NCBI RefSeq assembly: GCF_039654945.1
Contig: NW_027361696.1
Coordinates: 39,122,001 to 39,186,000, forward strand
Origin: Dendrobates tinctorius
Taxonomy: Eukaryota
Reading direction: 5' to 3'
DNA length: 64,000 nucleotides
Below are positions 43,822-56,183 of the stretch, in pieces; position 1 is the first letter of the stretch; the number at the start of each line of letters is the position of its first letter. Both the position numbers and the translations under genes were made by a program. The notes under the pieces were generated by a model that saw only the letters and a list, made by a program, of their open reading frames with translations, ran no database searches and was not told the DNA's origin.

Positions 43822-44570
43822 GGGTACCGTAAAGGCCCCTTTACATTTAGCGATGCACCAGCGATCCCGACCAGCGATACGACCCGGTCAGGATTGCTGG
43901 TGCATCGCTAAATGGTGGCTAGTGAGCTGGCACACAGAAAGACCTCACAGCGATGCAGCAGCGATACAGCGGACGATACTTACCTTTCAGATGCAGCGAT
44001 CCTGACGTCCTGCGTCCGCGTCCACGCGTCACTCGTCAGCGCCAGCAGGAAGCCCAGCAGGAAGCGCCCGACGAGAAATGGAGCTGCGCGATCTCGCGCG
44101 ATCAGCGATGGACAGCGGGGGAGGCGGTCGGAGATAAGTATCACACATGGTGATATCGCTCCTACGTTACCAAATCGGTGATGCTTTAGCGATATTGTTA
44201 GCAATATTGCTATGTGTAAAGCCCCCTTTACACTTAGCGATGCACCAGCGATCCCGACAATGATATGGATCGCTGGTGCATCGCTAAGTGGTCGCTAGTG
44301 AGCTGCCACACAGGCAGATCTCACCAGCGATGCAGCAGCGGTTGGGAGTCGCTACTTACCTGTCAGACGCGGTGATCCTGACGTCCTCGTCGGCGCCACA
44401 GGAAGCTGACAACGAGAAACGGTCCAGGACGTTCTCGCGCGATCAGCAATAATCAGCGGGGGAGCCGGTCGGAGGTATCACATGTAGTGATATCGCTAGC
44501 AATATCGCTGCTGCGTCACAAAATCACGTTATAGCGATATTGCTAGCGATGTCGCTTGTGTAACGGGCCC
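43822..44570. mobile_element. Two related CGAT-rich Harbinger-like MITEs, one (~43833-44226) inserted in the terminus of the other
   Basis: Outer GGGTACCG|insert|TTACAC...GTAACGGGCCC; the inner copy matches 55603-56021 in reverse. Confidence 0.75.
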
Positions 44571-44594
44571 TTAAGGTTTCCAAAAAAAACAACG

Positions 44595-45885
44595 AGAATA
44601 TAACTACTATAATACTGCCCCTATGAACAAGGATATAACTACAATAATACTGCTCCTATGTACAAGAATATAACTACTATAATACTGCCCCCTATGTACA
44701 AGAATATAACTACTATAATACTGCTCCTATGTACAAGAATATAGCTACTATAAAACTGCCCCTATGTGCAATAATATAACTACTATAATACTGCCCCTAT
44801 GTACAAGAATATAACTACTATAATACTGCTCCTATGTACAAGAATATAACTACTATAATACTGTCCACTATGTACAAGAATATAACTACTATACTGCCCC
44901 TATGTACAAGAATATAACTACTATAATACTGCCCCTATGTACAAGAATATAACTACTATAATACTGCTCCTATGTACAAGAATATAACTACTATAATACT
45001 GTTCACTATGTACAAGAATATAACTACTATAATACTGCTCCTATGTACAAGAATATAACTACTATATTACTGCCCCTATGTACAAGAATATAGCTGCTAT
45101 ACTTCCCCTATGTACAAGAATATAACAACTATAATACTGCTCCTATGTACAAGAATATAACTACTATAATACTGCCCCTATGTACAAGAATATAACTACT
45201 ATAATACTGCTCCTATGTACAAGAATATAACTACTATCATACTGTCCACTATGTACAAGAATATAACTACTATAATACTGCCCCTATGTACAAGAATATA
45301 ACTACTATAATACTGCCCCTATGTACAAGAATATAACTACTATAATACTGCTCCTATGTACAAGAATATAACTACTATAATACTGTCCACTATGTACAAG
45401 AATATAACTACTATAATACTGCTCCTATGTACAAGAATATAACTACTATAATACTGCCCCTATGTACAAGAATATAACAACTATAATACTGCTCCTATGT
45501 ACAAGAATATAACTACTATATTACTGCCCCTATGTACAAGAATATAACTGCTATACTGCCCCTATGTACAAGAATATAACAACTATAATACTGCTCCTAT
45601 GTACAAGAATATAACTACTATAGTACTGCCCCTATGTACAAGAATATAACTACTATAATACTGCTCCTATGTACAAGAATATAACTACTATATTACTGCT
45701 CCTATGTACAAGAATATAACTACTATAATACTGTCCACTATGTACAAGAATATAACTACTATAATACTGCTCCTATGTACAAGAATATAACTACTATAAT
45801 ACTGCCCCTAGGTACAAGAATATAACTACTATAATACTGCTCCTATAAACAAGATTATAACTACTATAATACTACTCCTATGTGT
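44595..45885. repeat. 35-bp AT-rich satellite (TATAACTACTATAATACTGCCCCTATGTACAAGAA), block 1
   Basis: ~36 copies. Confidence 0.97.
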
Positions 45886-47099
45886 AATAGCAGAAAATAC
45901 TAATGAAAACAAGCAGCATATTGGTGGACTAAACAAAGCATATAGTTATTAAATTAAATGCAGACATGGTATCTGGACCTAATATGGTCAGGTCGCTAAT
46001 CAATGGGCAAAAGAGAGGGGTGTAAACATCAAAAAAACGACTAACGTGTCCATTTCAATGCTAAAAAAGTGTAACTTTATTGATACAAATTTAGACAAAC
46101 AGGTGGGGAAACAGTGGACAATAAAGTGCAGCCATAAGCACAATCACAGGGCTGTAGGAGAGTGCACAGGAACAGAAAAGCCACGAGATCTTAGGGATTC
46201 CTGCAATGTAAATATCATAAATAGCAACAAGATCAGCAAATCAAATAAAATAGCATCTGTTCTGTCTCCGAAATTCAATTTATAATCTCTGATTATTTGT
46301 TTGATAATATTTGCTGTAATTTACATAGATTGCATTTGTTTTCACTGTTTTGGCTCCCTCTAGTGACCAGTGTCATATTCGAAGTCTTCTGATTGTTTTA
46401 CTTTCACTTTCAATGCCTAATCTTTCCCTCCTTTTGCAGTGCATTATGGTAGCTTTGCAGTGCATTATGGTAGCTTTTGCAAAGCATTGTGGTAGTTTCC
46501 CTCCAGTTCGTCCATTTTCCTTCAGCCTGTATCTAGGAAGCATCTAATCTTTCCTCTCCCCTTGTGATTGCATTTCTGGTATGTACTCATGCTTTCTGTA
46601 GCTAATTTCTGTCATATTTAGCTTGATTTAATCAGTCCTGCACGATGGTCAGCATTACTGTGCAAATGTTCATTCATAATGTATGATATGTATAATGTGT
46701 ACTTCTACTATGCTCCTGCACAGATTGTATGTATATTGTATTGTTTTCAGTTTCACCGTGCCAATATATCAAGTTCAATAAAAACACAACCTACAGTCTC
46801 CTTATTGGACCCCGGTATAGCGGTTTAGCTGACTGTTTAGCTGCAAATAAAATCTGCCTTATTCGGTGAGGATAGAACAGAGTCATATATCAAAGTATAT
46901 AGCTATGCTTAAGACATCAATTGAGTATAACAATCGTATCCCAAAAATAAATTTGTTTAACAGTGTACAAATACATGGGACTACTCACAAGTGTAAATAA
47001 TGCAATACATAACGATGCATATAAAGCTTCCAAATAGGAGACACATAGTGAAAAAGGAAGTGCTAGATTGCAACGGTACAGTGCCAGGTATGTATAACG

Positions 47100-47660
47100 T
47101 TACCTCAAGTGAATGACAGAGCGTGGCTTACTGGATACGGTAGGCGCACTCACTGCTTTGCGCGCATACAGTCCCGGCGTGCAGAGAATTGAGCAATCTG
47201 TCAGCTGTACATCAGCTTGCAAGCAGCGCATGACGTGTTTTTTTTTTTTTAATGTTTTCTGATGGGGCCATGCATACCAGGATGACGGCGGGGGCCAATC
47301 ATACCAGAATAAGGATGGGACCATGCATACCAGGATAGGGATGAGGGCCAATCATTCCTGCCAGGATAGGGATGAGGGGGACCTTTCCTACCAGGATAGG
47401 GATGAGGGCCATGCACACAAGGAAAGAGATGAGGGAGCCATGCATACCAGGGTAGGGATGAGGGGGCCATGCATACCAGGATAGGAATGAGGTGGCCATG
47501 TGTATCAGGAAGGGGATGAGGGGACCATATATACCAGGACAGGGGATATTAAGTACAGAACTGACCACATTTTTTGCTTCAATTTTTTTTTCCTAATTTC
47601 CTCCTCTAAAACCTAGGTGTGTCTTATGGTCTGGTGCGTCTTATTGTCCAAAAAATACAG
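47100..47660. mobile_element. Partial Tc1/mariner-superfamily MITE with ~29-bp internal repeats
   Basis: Right terminus GGTGCGTCTTATTGTCCAAAAAATACAG|TA; internal CCATGCATACCAGGATAGGGATGAGG repeats; left end not identified. Confidence 0.6.
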
Positions 47661-48227
47661 TAACTACTATAATACTGCCTCCTAGCTGTGAGGATGTCTC
47701 AGCAGTTCTAAAGTCTGAAGCAAGCCCGAGGAGGGGCCACCCTGGGAGGAGAAGCTCCCCAAGCAAGGTCCAGGCTTCTCGGCCTACACTGGGAGAAAGC
47801 AGGCTTCTTCTAATGGGAATACACATCCCAGAGTCACTATTAAGCAATGTAAACCAACAAGCCAAAGCTCCACTGTTTCCATGAAGGAAGAAAGCAGAGT
47901 GAGTGTAAGTAAAGTTATGGAAGATATACCTGGTTCAGTAACAACAAGGAAACCTGAGGTAAAAGTGTGAGGACGTAAAGAAATGCAGCAAAGCCAAAGG
48001 TCCAATAATTCTCCAAAGTAATTTTCTGTCAGTAAACAGACCGAGCCTGGTGCACAGAAGGTGAAGCACACGCCATTACCGACCTCAGGTGTGCAGCTCA
48101 CTCCTCCACACAAGCAGAGACGGACATCTCTGGAGAGGCAGACATGGCAGGAAAACCTGCAGCGAGACATGGTGACCGGTATGGCGCGCTCAGGACGCAC
48201 AAGGTCACAGATGGGTGGCAGCAGTAA

Positions 48228-49126
48228 GGCTATGTGCCCACGTTGCAGAAATGCTGCAGAAATGTCCGCATTTCCGCAGCTCCTTGCCGCGGGTAAAACG
48301 CATGCGTAATTCGCATGCATTTTCCAGTAAAACACGAGCATTTTGCAAGCGTTTTTAGCTTGCAGAATGCTTGCGCTTTTCCAAGCGATTTGAAGCATCA
48401 CTTGGAAAAGTGATTGACAGGTTAGTCACACACAAGCATAGTGCTTGACAAGTGTGACCACCTTTTTACTATTGATGCTGCCTATGCGGCACCAATAGTA
48501 AAAGACAGAATGTTAAAAATAATTTAATAAAAAATAGAGATATACTTACCCTCCATCGGTCCCCGGAGTCATCCTGCCCCTCATTGGCGCTGCCGGCAAC
48601 TTCCGTTCCCAGGGATGCAATGCGACAATGACCTCTGATGACGTAGCATCACGCGAGACCGCTACGTCATCAAAGGTCATTCGCACAATGCATCCCTGGG
48701 AATGGAAGATGCTGGCAGCATGGCTGAGAGGCGGGAGAGCTCCCGGGGCCGACAGAGGGTAAGTATATCCCTATTTTTCATTTTAATTCTATTTTTTCCA
48801 GGATTATGGTACCCAGGGCATGGAGGAGAGTCTCCTCTCCTCCAGACCCTGGGTACAATCCGCACATGAAGCCTCACTTTACGCACGGTGGGCATAGCCA
48901 CATGCATAAAGTGAGCGTTTCAATGCAATCCTATGGTGGCAGAATCGCCGCGATTCCGCAGAAATAATGAACATGCTGCGGATTTTACCGCTATGTGATT
49001 CCGCAGCATGGGCACAGCAACTGCGGAATCCCATAGGATTGCATGGGGATGCGTTTTATTAGCATTTTTTAAGCGTTTCTGCTGCGGCAAAAATGTGGCG
49101 GAAACGTATAAAAAACGGCGTGTGCA
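48228..49126. mobile_element. Large Harbinger-like MITE nested in the L1/Tx1 element
   Basis: TAA|GGCTATGTGCCCACG left end; right end truncated at ...CGTGTGCAC; palindromic core. Confidence 0.7.
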
Positions 49127-51357
49127 CCAGAGTTGCAGCTGGCAGAGGAGATACCTGCCCTGGTGAAGAAGATGGAGAAGTTACAGCAGCACAAACAAAT
49201 GCTGCAAATGGAGACTGATGTGATCTATAAACTAAAGGCTGCTCATCCTGACAGGAAAGCTGTGTGTGACCAGAGACTTTATTCACTGGGTGTGGAGCTG
49301 GCCAATGTAGACTGTATCCTGGGGAGGATGGAGCCCCTAGCAGAGACCTACAGAAACCAAGAACGGTTCACATCTCACAAGCCAGATTTTGGTGTAGAGT
49401 CCACGGCCTCTGATGCTTAGTTGGAGTCACAGACTGTACAGGATGAACTTCAGAAGCAGCAGACACAGCCCGTGTTACAATATGCACATTTGTTTCCAGG
49501 AGGGACAAATACTGCAGCAGAAAGAGGCTGTAGTTAAGCCTGAGCAGCAACATGCACCTCAGATTCATGCAGCAGAGGCACCACAAGTCCCAGAATGTGC
49601 AACACAAGAGCACGACATTGCATGTGTGACTGTGTGTATTGATGGTGCACCAGAGCCCTAATGCAGACTCACAGACTGGGGATAACCACACTGTACCCAT
49701 GGGGTTGGAGGCTGGAGGGGGCTCACAGTTTGTAGTGTACGTCACATTACCTGATGATAATGATATTATTGTTGATACCAATGTGCAGGATAAAGTGTGT
49801 GATTTTTCTCCCTTTAATACCTAATGCACAAGAGGTGACAGGTTCCAATGCAGCAGACCCTCACCCCGTCAGTCATCCCAGTGTTACCCGGCCGGTTTCC
49901 CCCGGTAATGCCTAGAGCCGTGGTGCTCCGTCTTTCACCTCCAATGCCAACTATACCGGCCAGGCGTTGAAAAGAAGAAACGTGGTGTGATTTAAGCACA
50001 GACCTGCTGGCAGACCTGCCAGAAAGGAGGTTTGGGGTAAGGTAGCTCCTGTGCTGCCAGATGGGGTTTGCGCCAGTCAGCATCTTGGCAGTGATTAATC
50101 TTACAGACAAACACGGCTATGACGTCAGCTTTAAGCTCATACCTGATCTCGACAGATTCTGGGCCAATTTCCCCTAGTTCAGGGACATGGATGGTTTGAA
50201 CAAATTTATCTTTGTTCCCATTTCCAGGTCAGATACATTTGCTGTAAATATCATATTTTGGAATGAGGCTGTTCCCCCGCAGGACATTGTGATGTGGCTC
50301 CGGAGACATTGTGACCTTGTCTCTGATCTCACCAAGAATTGAAACGATGATGGTATCTGGACAGGAGGGTGGAAAGTCCTGGTCAAGCTGCGACAGAATA
50401 ACAACATTACTGCCCACTTACCCAACTCCTTGTTCATTGGGAAAGAGAAGGGTGTTTGCTTCTATCCTGGGCAGCCTCACAAGTGCTTTAAATGTGGCAA
50501 AAGTAGGTAATCTGGCAAAGGCCTGTACTGTGGTCAAGTGCAGTCTGTGTGAAGAAGTAGGCCATGTAGCTGCAGACTGCCAAAATATAAGGTGCAACCT
50601 GTGTGGGAAGATTGGCCACTCTCACAAGGACTGTCCAGATGCCTGGCATAACATCTATAGGGACTTTCCTGATGAGGATTTAGTGGTAGAAGCAGAGGCT
50701 CAGGAAGAGGAGCCATTAATGTCAGGGGAGATACTCATTAGATCAGAAATCCACCAGGAGTCAGACCATGTAACACCAGAGCAGTAGGGGGTATAAGAAG
50801 CACAGGGGAGCTTGGAGGTCATCCCCCAAGGCCAGCAGCCACAGGAAGCCTGTGCATCTGTTTCTCGATTACTACTTGATAATGGTAACATCAAGCAGAC
50901 CAAAAGGAGGAAAAAAACACGTCCTCCCATAAACCCGAGGAACGATATGACAGTGACCAAAATTCCATCAAGAACTGGAGGCCCTTTTGAACGTCGGCAG
51001 GAAGATTCTTGGAAATATCCTGTTTTCTAGGTTAGTATGTCTGTCCTCAACACAGTTGGCAGACTCTAAGTAAAAGGGCGGAACATCTCTGGAGTAGTCA
51101 TCTCGATACAGGAGATGTTTGAGAGATGTAAAGCTCTGAGGTGTGAGACATATGTTGTCAGTCTGGACCAGACTAAAGCCTTTGACAGAGTTGATCATGA
51201 TTATCCGTGGGCCACTTTGTCAAAGTACGGTATTCCAGGACAATTTGTGGATTGGCTAAAAACTTTGTATAGGAAGGCGGTGAGATTTCCTCTGATTAAT
51301 GGTTGGCAGGGTGATACTTTTGGAGTTGAGGCAGGGGTGAGACAGGGCTGCCCGCTG

Positions 51358-51720
51358 ACAATAGATAAAAAAGACAGTGGCTCAGACAATAGTGAAAAAA
51401 AGACTTACCTTTTATTCTGCCTCCTGTGGCGACGTTTCGGTCCGAAGACCTTTTTCAAGCACAGTACAGAGTGTTCTAACCACAATTTTATAGGACAATT
51501 ACCACCCACCAATTCACAAAGCACCAATAGAATACAGACACAATAGTAAATACAATCCCATCAAAACAAAAAAACAAACATATAATTAAAAACAATCCCA
51601 CTGAGCATCCATTGCATTACTAGCTAATCTAACATCAAATCGCTAGCTCTGATCGATATTATACCTGTAACGTAGAGCAGAGTTTGCACAAATAACTTCC
51701 TGATGTAAACAGACACTGTT
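51358..51720 (-). mobile_element. Penelope-like terminal fragment interrupting the L1 RT
   Basis: RT homology stops after GCPL. The insert carries a hammerhead motif followed by AATAAA and AG|GTAAGT on the minus strand; right boundary approximate. Confidence 0.6.
51424..51464 (-). ncRNA. Minimal hammerhead ribozyme motif, U3-A8 core variant
   Basis: Minus strand reads CUGUGC-UUGAAAA-A-GGUC-UUCG-GACC-GAAACGUC-GCCACAG. Confidence 0.7.
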
Positions 51721-52964
51721 GTTTATATGTTTGGTTTTTTGTTTCTCTGGTCAACCTTGAGAAGAGTCAAGCTCTGTGGACATTTGATTCTGACCCAGGC
51801 TTTGATCTGCCGCAGTTTGCCAAAGCCTTCATCCATATTAAGATTCTAGGGGTTAAATTCGGGAGGTAGGATAACAACAAACTGTATTGGGAGGAAAAGT
51901 TGGAAACCGGTAATGCAAAGGTTCTGCGATGGAAGAACTGGAAGCTGACCTACTTAGAAAGGGTCACTATGTTGATGAGTCACCTGGTTCCTGTCTTCTT
52001 GTATGCCTGTCATTTTTCCTTTGCCAGAATCTTTCTCGGTGAGGCTCCTCAGCCTATTCTTCCAGCTCTTGTGGGGGAATAGGTTGAACCCAGTGAAAAG
52101 AGGGATTACTTACCTGCAGCGGAAAGAGGGTGGGCTAGATACGCTGAATCCAAGGGCCTTCTTTGACTCCATGTTTCTGAAAGTTAATTTTGGTAACCTG
52201 GAATCTAGTTCCTTGTGGGTAAATAGTATCAGGGATTGGATATCGCCTTTTGCAGAGTCTTGGGCGTGAGGCGGCAATCTCAAGAGGAGGAGATGGACAG
52301 GTGACTAGTTCCCCAAGTATCTGGAGTACGGTCTCAGGTGTCTGAAGAAATGGGGAGCAGAGAAGTGTTTAATTGAAATTAAGACCAGGAAGAACCTGTA
52401 TGTCTGGATATGACGGACTTTCTTTTGTGCATAGCATGCACTGAAAGACTGCTTCTCAATGCAGCGAGGCTCCCAGCTACGTTTTTTTTACAACGCCTGG
52501 CTGTCATTACATGGGAAGCTTTATGTTCAGGGTAACCAGAATCTTAGTGTGTCAGATTGAATGTGTCCTCTGGGTTGTCAGCAGGAAGAGACAATGGCAC
52601 ATTTTATAACAGAGGGCTGGGGCGGGAGGAAAATATGGGACGAAATATCCTGCAAGTTAAAAGTCCCAAGATTGCAGTCCCTAAAATATCCAGATATCAT
52701 CTATGGTGTACCATCTACTGTAAGAAACATCAACCGGGGAAGCTTGTATCGGATTATAACAGTCATAAAGTACTATCACTGGCATACCAGAACCCGAGTC
52801 TCCATCAGTAGTGAACCTTTCCATCATACGACAGCAGGGAACCTGATCATGTCAGAACTGAGGTGTATAAAATTCCTAGAGATCAGGAAGAATGGGAACA
52901 GCAAAACATTATGGAGGAATGTACATATGGATTAATGTGGATTTACCATTTGTGTTGGCTTTTA

Positions 52965-53890
52965 CTGTATATACTTGAGTATAAGCCAACCCGGGTATAA
53001 GCCGAGGCATCTAATTTTGCCACGGAAAACTGAGTAAGCTTATTGACTAGAGTATAAACCGGGTATGCATTGTCCCATCATTCTTGTCCTGCTATGCGTA
53101 GCTCCCCCCCCTTCCTGTCCTGGTATGTGTGGCTCCCCCCGTCCTGTCCTGGTATGTGTGGCTCTCCCTGTTGTATGCATGGCTCACCCCCCCTCCCATC
53201 ATTGTATGCATGGCTCAATGGCTCACCCCCCATCCCATCCTTGTATTCATGGCTCACCTCCATCTCATTGTTGTATGCATGGCTCACCCCCATCCCATCA
53301 TTGTATGCATGGCTCAATGGCTCACCCCCCATCCCATCCTTGTATGCATGGCTCACCTCCGTCCCATTGTTGTATGCATGGCTCACCCCTGTCCCATCCT
53401 TGTATGCATGGCTCACCCCCATGCCATTGTTGCATGTATGGCTCACCCCCCCATCGTTGTATGCATGGCTCACCCCTGTCCCATCGTTGTATGCATGGCT
53501 CACCCTCCCTCAGTCCTACTCACCCTCCTCGCACCGTCACTGCATCTCCGTTGTCCCGGCGCTGCAGGTCTCCTATGCTGAGCGGTCACTTGGTACCGCT
53601 CATTAAGGTAATGAATATGCATTCCACGCCTATGGGAGTAGAGACGCATGCATATCCATTACCTTAATGAGCGGTACCACGTGACCGCTCTGCACAGGAG
53701 AGCTGCCGGCGCCGGGACGAAGATACAGGGGCGGCGTGAGGAGAGTTAGTATGATGTCTTCTTGAAGACGGTGGCTGCAGCTGTCACTGTGCCACAACCG
53801 CCAGCTCCTACCGCCGCTCCCCCTCCCCCGATGGCTTTCTGGACAATGAATCGTGTATAAGCCAAGGGGGGCAATTTCAGCAAAAAAAAT
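52965..53890. mobile_element. Tc1/mariner-superfamily MITE related to 9415-10518, with internal ~28-bp repeats (53085-53510)
   Basis: TA|CTGTATATACTTGAGTATAAGCC terminus; shared GTACCGCTCATTAA core. Confidence 0.75.
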
Positions 53891-53959
53891 GTAATTATTA
53901 GGTAATTATTATTTTATTTATTTATTTTTGTTTTCTCCCTCTTTCCAGAGCAAAAAAAA

Positions 53960-54440
53960 GCCTCCTATGTACAAGAATATAACTACTATAATACTGCCCC
54001 TATGTACAAGACTATAACTACTATAATACTGCCCCTATGTACAAGAATATAACTACTATAATACTGCCTCTATGCACAAGAATATAACTAATATAATACT
54101 GACCCAGTATATACAAGTATATAACTACTATAATACTGCCCCATGTACAAGAATATAACTACTATAATACTGCTCCTATGTACAAGAATATAGCTACTAT
54201 AATAATGCTCCCTATGTACAAGAATATAACTACTATAATACTGCCCCTATGTACAAGAATATAACTACTATAATATAGCTCCTATGTACATGAATATAAC
54301 TACTATAATAATGCTCCCTATGTACAAGAATATAACTACTATAATACTGCCCCTATGTACAAGAATATAACTACTATAATATAGCTCCTATGTACATGAA
54401 TATAACTACTATAATATTGAACCCTATTTACAAGAATACA
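53960..54440. repeat. 35-bp AT-rich satellite, block 2
   Basis: Same unit as 44595-45885. Confidence 0.96.
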
Positions 54441-54442
54441 CC

Positions 54443-56100
54443 TGTGACGCGAGTCCAGGAAATGGTGCAGTACGGCAGAGGGAAATCAGAGACTATGTCC
54501 AATACACGAGACGAGGTTAGGAAAGTCAGAGAGACAAAACAGTATACAGGGAGCAGGCACAAGCGAAGTCAGGTCACAAGGAAAAGGGTCAGAGTCCGGG
54601 AAGAGAATGAAGTCAAGCTGGGTCAGGCACAGAGTGCAGAGGGTTCAATGTTACACAGGCAACGGCAAGTGTACGATTGACACTGGGGGAAGAACTAGCA
54701 TGCTAAAGTAGAAGCCTGATTAAGGAAAATGAACACAGGTGATTGCAGCACAGACCCAGACTGACAACCCCGACACAAAGTAACAAAAAGACAGAAACAG
54801 AGTCGAAATCGTGACAGTACCCCCTCTTCAAGGGGTGGCCACTGGACCCCCATGTTTCCCAGGAAACCTCCGATGAAAGGCATAGACCAACCAATCAGCC
54901 CTCACAGAATGAGCTGGAACCCAGGATCATTCCTCAGGTCCATACCCCTTCCAATGTACCAGGTATTGAAGGGAATTCCGGACCATTTGGGAATCAATGA
55001 CCCTTTGTACCTCATATTCCAAGCATCCCTCAATAAACACTGGAGGAGGCAGGGGCGAAGAAGACAGAACAGGAGGAATAAATTCCTTCAACGACTTGTG
55101 GAACACATTAGGAATACGGAAAGACAGAGGGAGCTTTAACCGGAAGGCAACTGGATTGACCACCTCCAGACTTTCATACGAACCAATGAATCTAGGACTA
55201 AACTTTAGCGAGGGCACCTTCAACTTAATATTCTTAGAGGAAAGCCATACTTTATCTCCCACTTTGAAGGCGACCCCTGACGAGAGCCTCCCATTGACCT
55301 TCCGCTTCTGCCGATGTTGAGCCACCCCAATGTTCTTTTTAACCTTCCTCCAAACATCCTCCAGCTCTTGTAATGGTGACATCCAACCCAGCACATCCAG
55401 AACTTATCCTGGGAAAACTCACCAAAATGAGGATGAAACCTTTAATTACAGAAAAACGCCGAGGTCCCCGTGGACTGATTTACCCGACTGTTAAAGGCAA
55501 ACTTAGCCAGCGGAAGAAATGATGACCAATTCTCCTGTTGATAGGCGACAAAACATCTTAAAATTTGCTCCAAAGACTGATTTGTCCTCTGTATGACCGT
55601 TAAGGGAGCTTTATACATAGCGATATCGCTAGCAATATCGCTAAAGCATCACCGATTTTGTGACGCAGCAGCGATATTGCTAGTGATATTGCTAGCGATA
55701 TTGCTATGTGTGATACTTACCTCTGACCGGCTCCCCCGTTGTCTGTCGCTGATCGCGCGAGATCGTGCAGCTCCATTTCTCGTCGGGCACTTCCTGCTGG
55801 GCTTCCTGCTGGCGCCGACGAGCGACGCGTGGACGAGAGCGGGAGGACGTCAGGATCGCCACGTCTGAAAGGTAAGTAACGACCGCTGCTGCATCGCTAC
55901 ATCGCTGTGAGATCTGCCTGTGTGGCAGCTCACTAGCGACCATTTAGCGATGCACCAGCGATCCTGACCGGGTCGTATCGTGGTTGGGATCGCCGGTACA
56001 TCGCTAAATGTAAAGGGGCCTTTAGTCTCAGGGTGATAAGCAGAGGAAAAGGACAAATCAATCTGCAGAAAGCCCTCCAAACTCGAATTGTAAACCCCCA
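54443..56100 (-). mobile_element. Ty3/Gypsy chromovirus fragment: integrase C-terminus, chromodomain, PPT and 3' LTR (54443-54816)
   Basis: [32 protein letters not shown]...[13 protein letters not shown]; purine tract GAAGAGGGGG before a TG...CA-bounded LTR. Confidence 0.9.
55603..56021. mobile_element. CGAT-rich Harbinger-like MITE inside the Gypsy integrase
   Basis: TTA duplication; removal restores the ETNG codons. Confidence 0.85.
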
Positions 56101-56183
56101 TCAGATATAATATTTTGAGGAATCCCATGCAATCGTACCACATGAATAACAAACAGTTTTGAGAGAGTTTCAGCATTCGGTAA

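Larger units (their letters stand above)
47685..53959 (+). mobile_element. Decayed L1-clade (Tx1-like) retrotransposon with poly(A) tail and 8-bp target duplication
   Basis: GCCTCCTA at 47677-47684 and 53960-53967 after A8. ORF1 remnant with three zinc knuckles (~49900-50660; FYPGQP.KCFKCG...CNLCGKIGHSHKDC); RT remnants (LDQTKAFDRVDH, GVRQGCPL); endonuclease region missing. Confidence 0.85.

Noticed and set aside
46425-46500. Possible third hepcidin exon (TGC-rich duplicated stretch)
   Set aside because: No RxxR site or 8-Cys spacing; only a short local duplication.
45886-47100. AT-rich segment that may be further Penelope-like fragments
   Set aside because: No hammerhead core, ORF or clear boundaries found, so it is left unassigned.
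49900-50787. Host ZCCHC3-like zinc-knuckle gene
   Set aside because: It has stops and frameshifts, is followed by RT remnants, and lies within a TSD/poly(A)-bounded element, so it is a retrotransposon ORF1.
54927-55394. Host chromodomain gene or domesticated retrotransposon gene
   Set aside because: Directly followed by PPT and LTR and disrupted by a MITE, so it is a Gypsy remnant.
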